From Gekko japonicus (lineage: Eukaryota): a stretch of 64,000 nucleotides of DNA. The translations under genes were made by a program, and so were the position numbers. The stretch spans positions 755,007 through 819,006 of the forward strand of contig NW_015166441.1 in NCBI RefSeq assembly GCF_001447785.1, written 5' to 3'. The notes under the pieces are model-generated. The model made no database searches and had not been told where the DNA came from. It worked only from the letters and a program-made list of their open reading frames with translations. Below are positions 1 to 12,500 of this stretch, one piece after another; the first letter of the stretch is position 1; every line of letters begins with the position of its first letter.

Positions 1-391
1 ATTGCAAGGAAGATACTGCATTTTGTGAGCACTTTATTTTATAGTAGAGAAAATGCAAAACTGCCTTTAAAGAGTGCGTCCATTGTCCTAATATTGGCAC
101 AACATAGCTTCTAAAACTTGAAGCAAAAGGCTGTAGAAGCTTACCCACATGCCCATGTTCTTTGTAAATCTGATGAGCCTTATCATTAAACAGTGTACGA
201 ACAAACATTCAGATCTAAGAGATGTAGTACATGTAATGCAGAAAGTCACAAATCCAGCACCATTATGTCTTTTCATAGCTAGTTCTTCTGTTCCTGTGAT
301 GTGACATTATTAACTTATGCTGTCACATTACTAGCTTATTAATATACAACAATGGAGTTTTATCGGTAGCAAAACCAACTTCTTTCTTTAC

Positions 392-522
392 CTTAGCTAT
401 TCTCTCATGCATCCTACTTTTCCGATCAGCTCCACTTGCTTTGGCTTGAGCTGCTGCTGCTTTGTATTTTTCCAGCCTCTGCTGCAAAGCTTCTAGGATT
501 GTTTTTGGCTGCTGCACAGAAC
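392..522 (-). CDS. CC2D1B: CC2D1B exon, DM14 repeat 3
   Basis: TILEALQQRLEKYKAAAAQAKASGADRKSRMHERIAK; aag/gtaaag. Confidence 0.92.
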
Positions 523-3500
523 CTTTGAAAAAGATACAGAAAATATATCACAAGAGCTCAACCAACTACATTCATCTGAACCTAATCAACACAGCAAGCT
601 GAATTCTATACAAAAGCAAAGCAAAAACACAAAAGCCCATCATAACTCTTGAGCTTTTAATCTATACAACATTGTTTACAATAGAGACCCTGCTTCAAAC
701 TTCTCTCACCTGAAGCTTCCTTACTTTGGAGCTCTTGGGTTGTAAGAGGCTGGGAAATTTCCACAGGTATAGATGGTGCTGGTTTAGGGGGAACACACAT
801 TTTTCCTGCACTTTCAAGTTCTGGAAAATATTTATTTATTTATTTATTTATGCATTTACATCCCGCCCTTTCCCGGAGGCTCAGGGCGGCTAACAGGGGC
901 ACCAAGTGCCAAGTAAAACAATATCATATAGTTTAAAACAAAACATATCATTAAAACCAATCACAGATAGTTTAAAACCATAGATTACAATCAGGAATAT
1001 CAATATACAACAAACTTCAGCAAGAGGGAGGATCTTAACGTCACCTAACTACCGACATGTCTCATACTCCAAGCCGGTTCCAGTGCCGCCATCCACAACC
1101 AGGGGGCAATACAATCAGATGTTAGATTCACTAGGGCATAGGGATGCAGATGGAATAGCGGTGGCGGCGGCTCCTATCCAAAGGGGTTTAAGAAGCAAAT
1201 GCCACTGAGCAGCCACCGAGGGGGTTGGCTAGGCAATCAAAACAGTACTGCAAACCTTCAAACCTTGGTTTCTGTCAGTAAGAGGCAGGAGAATGGGGCA
1301 GGGTTTTTTCCAGGGCTGTTTTTGCCTTTGATGGAGAACTCATCAGGGCCAGGCCAAGCAGTAGCCTCCAGGTGACTTGCATGACTCACCCAGGTCCGGC
1401 TGCTTGCTACTATTTAACAGCTGCCACTCCACGAAAGCCTGTGGTGTGGTGTCGTGGTTAGAGTTGAAGACTAGGCTCTGGGAGACCCAGGTTCAAACCC
1501 CCACTCAAGATGCTCACTGGGTACACTTGGGCTTGTTACACACACTGATCTCACAGTGTTGTTGTGAGGATAAAATGGAGAAGAATGACGCAACCTGCTT
1601 TGGGTCCAGTTGTGGATAAAAGGTAGGCTGGCTGCTGAGTAGGAAGGAGAAAAGAAAGCAGCGTAAGGTGACAATATAGGGGTTTGCCAGAAAGAGGGGA
1701 AAAGAAAATCATCTGGGGAGAGGGATACAGGGGAAAGTGAGGTGCACCCCACAAACTCTTGAGGGTTCCCAATGTGCAACTGGGCCCAGCAGCCAGCACT
1801 GCCCAACCAAGCCCAGCAGTTGGCACCATTGCTGGAATAGGATCACTTGAAGAAATATCTACTAAATACCCCTACTGTCAGATTTTCATGACAATATGTT
1901 TGAAGTCAATGTGCTCTACTGTCACCCTTTGCATATGATTCAGTGTTTCTGTGTTATTAAATATGGGAAGACAATCATCTTGTATCCAATAGTCATAGAT
2001 GGCCCTCCCATAAAGATGAAAAAAATCTACAAGGGAGACCACCCAAGGTTAGCACGCGTCTTTCTGCAGATGTGGAGTAATCTCGGGGTTTGCACAAAAG
2101 CATATTTTAAACTGGGACTTTACCCCCCCCCCCCCCAGTAGCCAGCCATCTGTGCATGCAAAAAATCCTGGCTAACATTTTGGGTTGCCTTGCAATATTT
2201 AAAGGCAGGGATTAGCCAGATCAAGGAAATCATGAAGAGAAGAAAGGGGGAAAACTCTGCAACTGGAGGGTTGCGCAGGGGAGAACAGAGGCAGGGGGGG
2301 AAAGTGAGGAAAACAAGATTTCCATGCCCCATGAATCCTTATGGGTCCCCCTCTAGCCGTACTTAATAATACACTGTATCAATCAAGCCACATGCCGATG
2401 AGTTAGGGTTCTCCAGACACTCAGTGCACTTCACGGATGCAGAAACATATTATTAATCAGAAATACCCCCATAACCCTAAAACACAGTCTGAGGAGGACA
2501 GAAATGCTCCACAAATGTGGAATACTGAGAGAAGCTGGAGTCAGTTGCAGAGGAAAGGAGAAATTAGTTTGCTCAAGACCCCAAGAGTTTACAGAATTCT
2601 GAAGGAGATTTGGGTTATGTTGTGGGATTTCCAGCTATGTCTGATACTAAAGAGGGTGGGTTGTACCAACCATGAACGAAGCAAAACCTGTTTGCCCACA
2701 GACAAGGCAGTAGTTTCTGCATACCTGAGGCACTCGCCAAAATTCTGGAAATTAACCAAAAAGAAAAAAAAATCAAATGACCTGAGGAAGATTGCGCATG
2801 CGGTAAGATACACAGACTTCTGACAGCAGATAAGCATCAGTTAAGAAAAGAAAAACAAGGAGGAAATGGGAAAATGCAAGGCCCTGAGAGCTTACAGAAT
2901 ACAAGATGGAGAATTTGCAGGGTATGCGTTGGGGGGGGGGGGATTATTTTGCTACTTGCTGATGGAACAGCAGGTTGGTATGGTGGCTATGAGTGCCCTC
3001 TATTAGTTGTACCTGGCCCACCAACCTTCTAATTTCTTAGACATAGCCAACCTGGCCATGCTGATCCATGATTCTGTAACATTGTGGCTGGATCACTGTA
3101 ATGTATACAAGATTAGGTTGCCACTGCAGACAACCCAGAACCTGCAGCTGGTTTAGACTTGTGGCAGCTCGATTACCCCCAGTGGCTAGATAATGGGAAT
3201 ATATCTAGCCATCTAAAAACAGCTACATCGGTTGCCAGTTTGTTACCAATTAATGTTGCTGGGAGAACTGGGTTTGATTCCCCACTCCTCTACATGGAGC
3301 TGCTGGTGTGAACTTGGGTCAGTCATAAATTCTTTCAGAGCTGTTCTCTCAAGGGCAATTATTCAGAGAGCTCTCTCAGCCCCACCTACCTCAAAGGCAG
3401 TGTTCCCTCTAAGCTGAGTTAGTGTGAGCTAACTCACAGTTTTTTAGCCTCCAGTTCACACATTTTTGTCTTAGCTCAGGAAGGATGGCTCCAAACTGCT

Positions 3501-6500
3501 CACTCACAATTTTAATGCCAGTAACTCACAAAGTAGAATTTTTGCTCACAGGACTCCACAGCTTAGAGGGAGCATTGCTCACAGGGTGTATGTTGAGGGG
3601 AGGGGAGGGGAAGGGAAAGGAGACTGTAAGCTGCTCTGAGACTTCCGAGTGAAGGACAGGGTATAAATCCAATGTCTTCTTCTTCTCTTATAACCTTTTA
3701 ATGTCCTTCACAGCCAAGACCCACACATCTAAAGAACATTCTCCTCCCAATAGTCCCTGTGTGCCAAATATAGTCCTCAAGCTGCCACCTACTGACTGTA
3801 ACCCCACTCAAGGTGGCCCACCTGGCATCATCCAGAGTTTGTATTCTATTATAGCTCCAACTCTGTGGAACAGGCTCCATGAGGTGGGAGTATGCCATCA
3901 CTGGAAGTCTTCAGGCAGTGATGCAAGACCATTTTATTTACCATGGTTTTTAACAGTGTTTAGACTGCAGGTAATAGAGGAGAAGTAGGTTATTATTATT
4001 TTTTGTTATACATTGTAATTGGTAAGCTGCCTTCAGCTATGAGGAAGTATTTTACATTAAACAGGTATGGAGAAATATATTAGTGTGTGTTTTTTTAATT
4101 TAAAGATGCCTTGAGCCACGAGAAAAGGTGGGATATGTTTTAACAAATTAAATAATAAAATTGCAAACCCACCCTCAGAAAAACTCACTGCTTTCAGAAT
4201 ATTTAGTAAAGAGGAAGAAAAGCAGGGTATGTGCCTGCTCAGACCAATCAGAATTAATAGTTTCTGTAGAGATGGGGATTATGATACTCTACTTATTTCT
4301 TCTCTACTACTACAATTCCTCACTGGCACCCAAACTTTTAAAAATCACTAGTGGTCTTACCGTCTGGGGCTGGAGGCATATCTTTGAGATCTACAGAATG
4401 TCCACTGTCCAGTGCTTCTAGAACCATGATGAATTTCTGAAACAACACAGCATAGTCAAACCAATACAAATTGTTATCAGATGATTTAGAGATCTGCATG
4501 ATCCTGCTTTCAACATGATTCCTAGAACACTGCTCCTGAAAAAAGCTTGAAAGTCTACGTTCATTTACAATAATATTCACTCAAGCTTCTAATGCTCATT
4601 CTGATTTGGAAAACAAGCAAACAAGCCAACTCCTACTATGTTTTAAAACAAGGATCCCTAATGCTGTGCCTGAGGGCACCATGGCGATCACTGACATCAT
4701 ACTTGGTGCCCAAGTATTTTTAGAAAGTGGGTGGGACTCTTGCCTAGCACAGCTTCTGATTGGTCAATGGAAACCTAATGGTTTGTGCAGATTAAAATAC
4801 GGTAGCTTCAGAGGCAACTGCCACCACCTTGTTCACCTAGCCACTTACATACCACCTTCCCACCAACATCCTTGTATTTGCCAACATCCCATATTACTTT
4901 ATAGCTAGAACAAAATACGCACATAATCCATTTAAGTGTGTCTTTCTAATTTGTATATTTTATTTTTATTTTTTTATTTACATGAGACTTATATACCGCC
5001 CATAACCCCTAATGGGTCTCAGAGCGGTTTACAGACTTACTACTATATAGTAGTGATTAAACCTACCTAGGGCCACATTTCACAAGGGGAGGGACTCCCT
5101 ATCAGCACCCTGTTGGCAGATCGACCCCTCTTCCGGCTGCAGCTTCCGGCTCACGTCCTTCCGGCTCCAGCCGTGCTGCGCCGTCCTGCGTCCACTTCGC
5201 CTGCGTCTCGCGTCCTGCGTTCGCTCCGCCTTCCGTCAGGTCTGGTCATCCGGAATTCAGCCGCCATTGTTGTTTTTCGCCACTGCCGTCTTTTACCTCC
5301 GTTGCAGCTGCCAACACTCCTGGCACGGAACCAGGAGGTGGGTGCCCCCTGCCACCTAGGGCAGGTACCCATTTATCTACTCGTTTTATTTACCTTTCAA
5401 ACCGCTGGGTTGGCGAGGGTAAATTAGTTTACCTGGTCACAGAATGTGGATTTCTAATCCCCAAAAAGAAAATGCTAGGACCATTCAGTTTAAGAGTTAA
5501 GCCAAATTCACCCATGTTTCAGAACGCAAACTCAAACACACAGTGTGTCATGTAAGCATTAAGCACATAACACAGTCTTGCATATTATGTTCCCTTACCT
5601 CCTACATCCTTGCTTTCCCTTGCCCTGTCAGCACTAAAATAGTCTAAACTGGGGCAAGCTACAAATCTTGCAGGGGGGCAGCCAAAACTTTTGGGAGCAT
5701 ATGCTGATCATTTGGATTTTGGGCAGCCCCTTGTTATTTGAATGGCTTGTCTGCTAGTGAAAGACAGTTGTTATATACTGCTCCTATATTCCCCCTATCC
5801 TATATTCTAGCCCCACTCTCGGCCTTAAAAATGCAGAACACAGCAAACAAGAATCACACCTAACATTAAGGAGTTAGCTGATGGCCATCAAGCACAAGTG
5901 ATTCATTAAATGTATGCCTGAAATCTGTATTGTCATAAGTACACCTATATTATCATAAGTACACCTTATGTACACCTGTCATGTCTGTTGTTTTAATGCC
6001 CTAATTTGTTTACTTGTGATGGGGGCAGGGATTCAAGGAGAGTGGTGTGTGCTTGGTAGACAGTAGTGTATTAAAGGTTAATAACCACTAAGCTAGACAA
6101 TGGGCTGAGGAGATGCGGCTAGGTAAAAATTCAACAGATACATCTTTCTCACACTTGCTACATATCTACCTAATGAATTTCTACCAACAAGCCATATAAA
6201 GCACAGTGAACCCTATCACAGCATTAGGTATACATGTAGCAAGTGTGAGAAAGATATACCTGTTGAATTTCTGCATAGCCACATCTCCTCAGCCCAGTGT
6301 CTAGGTCAGTGGTCCTTAAACTTTAATCCATTTAATCTTTTTCTCCATATTATGTCCTAACAGTAGCCTCTTGACAGGGTACAGGTTGTGCATCAAAACA
6401 ATCAGATGTTGTGGCACACCTATTTCTTTTAATACCAACCATAGCTTTTCATGATCCACACAGTCAAGAGCTTTGCTGTGAAATACAAGCTGATTTTTTC

Positions 6501-9500
6501 CTGAAGTTCTCATATGCTCCAGTTACCCATGTAAATTTGCAATATGATCTCTAGTGCCTGCTTAAATAACTGGTACTTCTCATTCCATACATGGTAACAG
6601 TCTTTGTTGTTTTGAGCATCACTTTATTCACGTGAGAAATGAATGGGATGGTCCGATAGTTGTTGCAGTCTAACGTTTCCATTTTCCAGAACTGGAATGT
6701 AGATTCAGCATTTCCAGTCTGCAGGCCATCATTTTGTTTTCCATACTTGTTGGCATATTCTTGTTAAGATTTTGATGGACTCTGTTTCTGTGGCTTGGTA
6801 TAGCTCTATTGATACCACATCTACTCCTGACGATTTGTTCCTCTCAACTGCTCTCAGTGCAGTTTTCACTTCACTGCAGGTTCCCATTCACTTGAATTAA
6901 ATTTGTAAAAAACATACTCTTTAAACTCTTCAGGAAACCTTTCTTAGTTTGCATTTTTGGCACTATGAATGTTTTGGTGTTTTTGGTCAGCTTTATTATA
7001 ATTTTTGATATTAACACTTCATGGTCTGTACCACAATCAGTTCCTGGTCTTGTTTTAGCAAAGAGAACAGAGCTTCTCCATCTTCTGTTTCCAATTATGT
7101 AAAATGTTTGATTTATGTATTGGCCATCCAATGATATCCACATATACAATTGTCTGATTACCTGAAATATGTTCGCAATGAACAACTTGTCATCTTCACA
7201 GAATTCTATGAGTCGCTCTTCTGCTTCATTTCATGCTCCTAGCCCAAATCTTCCAATAATATTTGATTCTGCTTTATTTCCTACTTTTTCATTCCAGTCA
7301 CCTATTAGTATGAGCACATCTTGTTTAGGTGTGTGATCAATTCCTTCTTGGACACTTGCACAAAAGCTTTCCATTTCTTCCTCTTCAGCGTCTGCAGCTG
7401 GGGTGTAAACTTGAAGGATGGTTATGTTGTTAGGCTTTCCATAAAGTCTGATTGATATTATTCGATCACACTTTGCATTATAACCCTTGATTACTTGTGC
7501 TACATCTTGACTCACTATTAGAGCAACTAAGTTTCTTCTGTGTTTGTCATTTCCAGAGTAAAACACCTTGTAATTTCCTGACTGAAAATGTCCTAATCCA
7601 GTCCACTTTAGTTCACACCCTCTCAAGACCGCAATGTTTAAATGTTCCATTTTACGATTTCGAGTTTACCTTGATTCATACTTTTCACGGTCCATGTTCC
7701 TGGTAGATGTGTTGAACAAGATTTGGACTTCCCTTTTACATCCACTGACATCAACAACTGAACGCCCTTCAGGCTTTGTCCAGTTGTATCATTAAAAACA
7801 GCTCTATTTGTAGTTGTCCTCAGCTCTTCCCCAGTAACTAACTAGGTGCCATTCGCCCTGGGGGTTCTGTCTTCTTTTTCTGTTTTGGATTGGCTCTTCA
7901 TAGGGTTCTCAAGGTAAGAGATTACCAGAAGTGATAACCTTCTTCTGCGCAGTATTAAACAGGGTTAGCTGAAGTGGCACTGCCATTGTCTACGAAAGAT
8001 CCTCTGCCCTTCTCAGCCACTACTGCAGCTGCCTGAAGGAATCTCCTTACAGATTCCTCTGCCCCCATCATCATTGGAACTGTCTGTTCTCTTCTGCTGA
8101 TGTGGCTGTTGATCCCTGAAGAGGGTGGTTGCATCTTAGTCTGGCATCTCAGCTGTGACCATTCTGCCTTGAGTGACTCTGCTAGTTTAGCCTCTTGACA
8201 CTAAATCTGGCTTAGTGGATCACAAGTTTTGTAACTCTTTGAACCATTTACTAACCATCAACTTGCAAACCTGAAATATAATCCATTTAAAAACCATTTC
8301 CAATGACAGTTAATAGGGGGCAGCTGCACTACATGGATAAAGTGCAATCCCTTCATACTCTTCCATTAGTCCTGGCCACATATATCTCAAAAAACTGCAA
8401 ATACAATTGAGGAAACTAAGTGCTTCATGTTCCTGTTTTTGAAATGTCTCATTCCCTAGCATTTCAGCTCTGGGCAGCCTTGAGTGAAACTGGATTATTG
8501 GGACCAATTTTAGTTGGCTTCCAGGCCCAGTTTTGGCACTGAAACTGCCATGTTCACTCTGGCTAATACTTGAATCAGGAGAGAGATGGTGGCTTTTAAT
8601 ACCAATAACCATGATAGCCTTCTGAAATGCCTTGCTAAGATGGGGGGTGGGGACTGTACTATGGAGGTTCCACTGTACCTGGAAGGCAGATACCAGAAGA
8701 TGGTGCTGGGGTTCTGACTCTTGACAGATGCTTTATGACACCTAGATCTATTCACTCAAGAAAGGACTGTGGCAACACAATTGTGGGCCACTCTTCACTG
8801 GGATGTTGCCTAGAACATCTTAGTTATCACTCTAGTGCAAGGTGAAAGCACTGTTGTTTCAGTTAGGTTTTGGTCATTTATGCTGGATTTTCAGGCATTA
8901 CAGTGATATATGCTACATAACAATGATGTGCATTAGCACAAGCAGCCATAAAAAAGAGCAGATCTCTAAGATGCCTAGGAACCAGTATCCTTGTGGTGAA
9001 TTTCCTACTCCTAGTATTATCACAAAGCACAGCTCATCACATTAGTAAGGACTGAGAGATTCATTATAATATGATAACCCCATTTTATACATTGAATGTA
9101 ACTTTATGATGTCATCTGGGGTGGGACACTAATTTTCTTCTACAAAGAAAATAACACATAAACTAGATCCTAAACTTACTCTCTGAAGATGGAAATATTT
9201 TTGGGCAAACCAAATTCCTAGGGAAAAAACTGGTTTGCACAAAGCTGCTTGGACTTGTGAATCAATGAAGCCTTACCTTTCCAGTTCTCATGTATTCTTT
9301 AGCCTTCTCAAGATCACCTTCCTGCTTGGCTTTCAGTGCTGCTAATTTATATTCCTTCTCTCTTGTCACAAGTAGTTCTCTCATACAAAGGTTTGAGGAA
9401 TCTGAACAAGACAGTAAGCCACCCAAGTAAGACTTCTCAAACACCTACTATAAACAAAGTGAAGAACACTTCCCAGTCCATCCCCCCTGCACCCCGGAAG

Positions 9501-12500
9501 ACAGAAACAGCAACGAGTGTATTACTCAAACATATCCAGAATAGAGATGACTTATGGGAAAGGGCCATAGCAGAAGTACTTACTATTTTCAAAAGTGGTA
9601 TCTGTTCCTGTAGCAACTCCATCTGCATCCTGGCCCCGGAGAGCAGTTGTGCTCACAAACAACTCATCACCACTGGGGTTCTTTAATTCATGGTCTACAG
9701 CAGAGACTTGTTCCTTCTCTTCCTTCTCAGGGACTGTTACTTTCTCTTGATCATCTGAGCTTTTAGACAAATTATGCATGGCTTGTGGCATGGCTACAGA
9801 GCTCTTTCCTGAAGCAACTGGTGGTGGCATCTCTTCCTCATTCACTTTCTTGCCCTTCCTCACAGCAGTCAGCATAGCTTCCAAAGTCTAGCAGTAATTA
9901 AGGGATAAAGGCACCAGGTAAAAGCAGCACCTGCCATTCATCCCAATCAAGCCCCTTCATTACAATGGAAACAATGGCAACCCAATGTAAAACACAGGTA
10001 CTGGAAGCAGAAAAGGCATAAACATTTCTAAAGAAGTGTACCTAATTTTCTCTGGGGCAACTTATTTTTACTAATCTGCTCTTGGTCTCTCAGACTGGCA
10101 GGAAGGTGGTTGCTTCTTGCAAGCATCACAGATACTAATTTAAAAAGTTCATTCTACGTGATCCAAGATCACCTATCAAATATATACAATTGTTTTAGAA
10201 TTGCTTCTATTCTGAATCTTCTGAACGATCCAGTTGTATACACAGAAATTACACAATTTGCTGGATGACTCCTACGCAAAGTAAGAATCTTAAATCATTC
10301 TGTATCAGCTATCAGGCTGATGTAACAAGGGAAGCATATCCACACACAAATGAATTTGTCTGGAAGTTGTTTTCAAGTAGCAGACTATCAATAGTTGTCA
10401 CCTTAAGTCATGCTTCAAAGGCTGCTTGGAGAGAACTTCATAGGATACCTGCAATCTCATACCCCACCATGTTCCTGAGAATAACAGCCTTTCAGTGCTA
10501 CAAGAACATGGGAAAACTCTATCTTAGTGTATTTTGCAAAACATTCATGCAAATCAATCTGTATCAACAGCAAATAAAGTACTGCAAATAAAGCACATTC
10601 ACTGGATAGTGCAGCCACCTAACACCACACCTCTAGCGTACAATAGCTCTCTGAGTCTGACCCCTTTAGTAATGGTATTTCCAATTAAAAACAAAATTTT
10701 CTTTTTATTTCATACAAAAATATTTCAATGGAGCGGCTTCTGTTATCCTATACAATTCTGTTTCTACGTGTATTCATTATTCTGTTTATACATACATACA
10801 TTATACGAACATACAATTAAAAACTACATTGAAAATATCACATTTCTGCATTTCTTTGCAATATATGGGAGTGACAGGCATATTTTAAACAGAGTTTTCC
10901 CTTCTCCACTGAAAGTACAAGGATTTATGGTTAACACAACATACCTTAAGGCCTCGCTCATACCGTCGTACTTTGGCACTCTCCCCTGCTTTCTTTGCAT
11001 TCATTATCGCTGCCTTATAGTTAGTTATTCTTTCTTCTACTGTTCGCTGTAGTTCACTGGAAGCAGAAGACATCTCAAAAGAGCAAAAAATAAAGAAAAT
11101 AAAAAGCAAAAGTATTTCTACAGAATTACACACACTCTGATACAAAACTGATTACCAGAGGAAAACAGCTCTCTAGGACAGGCACATATAAGACAGCACA
11201 GATTGAACAGGAAACCTCTTTTGAACAGAGAGGTTCTTGTCCTTCAGCAAACATTCCATGTGTCTACTCCTGGGCTTCCCATCAAAGCAGCAATAGAGAA
11301 GTGGGTGGAGTACCTCAGGAAAATTTGCAACCATGGGATAACTAGAGATATTTGGTCAAGTAGAGAAGATGAGGGAACACAGTCAAAAATGTTTAGTCAC
11401 TGCTAACAAAGACTGACTGCATAGTATTTTTGCAGACACTAAAAATGTTCTCTCGGCCGTTTGCTACGAGTGTTCAAAATGACCTCCTTCACTAGGCCTG
11501 CTTGCAAAATTCTGTCCTTTTATTCTGTGAGGAAAACTCAGCAGGAGAAATACCTCCCCCCCCCAAAGAACAAGGAAACCAACTGGAATTTATTTGCTTT
11601 GAAAAATTCCCCAAAGAGGTTACCACTATAAATATTGGTGTGATTATTAATCAAACCTGATCCTGCTAATTAACACGAATGACACAGGATTCAGAGAACC
11701 TGTTCAAAATGAAGGCAACTGGGTAAATCCTACAGAGGTGAACAGGGGAGGCAATTCTGCTCTACCCTCGTCAGTCTATACCATTCAAATTATGCTCTTA
11801 AAATCAGATATCTTGGAGGATCTCTAGGACATGCTCAGTTGTAACCATAAAAGAGGGAAAATGCAACTATTGTAAACAAATGTATGGACCCCAATGCAAG
11901 TGTAAGATTCATTTCTGCTCCTCATTCCATGTAGACCACAAAGTACAAAGGAACTGTGTGAGCCTGTGCTCAGAGACAAAAGAAGCTTTTGCTATGTACA
12001 TGCCTAAACATATATTCGTGCCTTTATTATTTCTTCTTCTTCAAAATGACTAATATACCCCAAGTGATTTACAGAGTGAAAACAAAGCACAGTGCTATGC
12101 TCCGATACAGAAGGCAGAAGTCTTTTCAATATTGAGAAAATACACTGGGAGACGTGGAGGCAGAATGGTGACCCAGATGGCTTTTAATTCCTTTCCATTT
12201 AAAATGTAGGCCAATGGGCTTAAAGACAAAAACTTTCACCTACCTGTGTCGGTAGTTCAGTAAGCTGATCTGTGGCCATAGGAGACACAGCTATGCTTTC
12301 TGTCTCATGTTCAGTGCTTCCTCCTTCTCCCAGAACCTCTTGCAACTCTGCCTACAGCAAGAACCAGTGCAAGGGGGTGCGGTGTTAGAATGAACTAAAG
12401 AATACTTAGCACCTTTCCACTGTCACTATTCCAAGACATGGCCTGAAGTCTCTTATTTAGAATGACAGAGGCATCCCTCTTACACTAAGCCAATGCCACT

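Larger units (their letters stand above)
2990..4160 (+). mobile_element. Decayed L2 LINE 3' region, interrupted by a SINE
   Basis: Degenerate LDYCN/LQLV-type ORF2 remnants and gctccaactctgtggaac motif; tail ending aaataataaaa. Confidence 0.6.

Noticed and set aside
88-276. Next CC2D1B exon (QYQDAIR...)
   Set aside because: CAATATTAG gives a stop and there is no acceptor or homology; the next exon lies outside the window.
10534-11052. 172-aa plus-strand ORF
   Set aside because: AT-rich intron plus the antisense of a CC2D1B exon; non-ATG start and no protein-like features.
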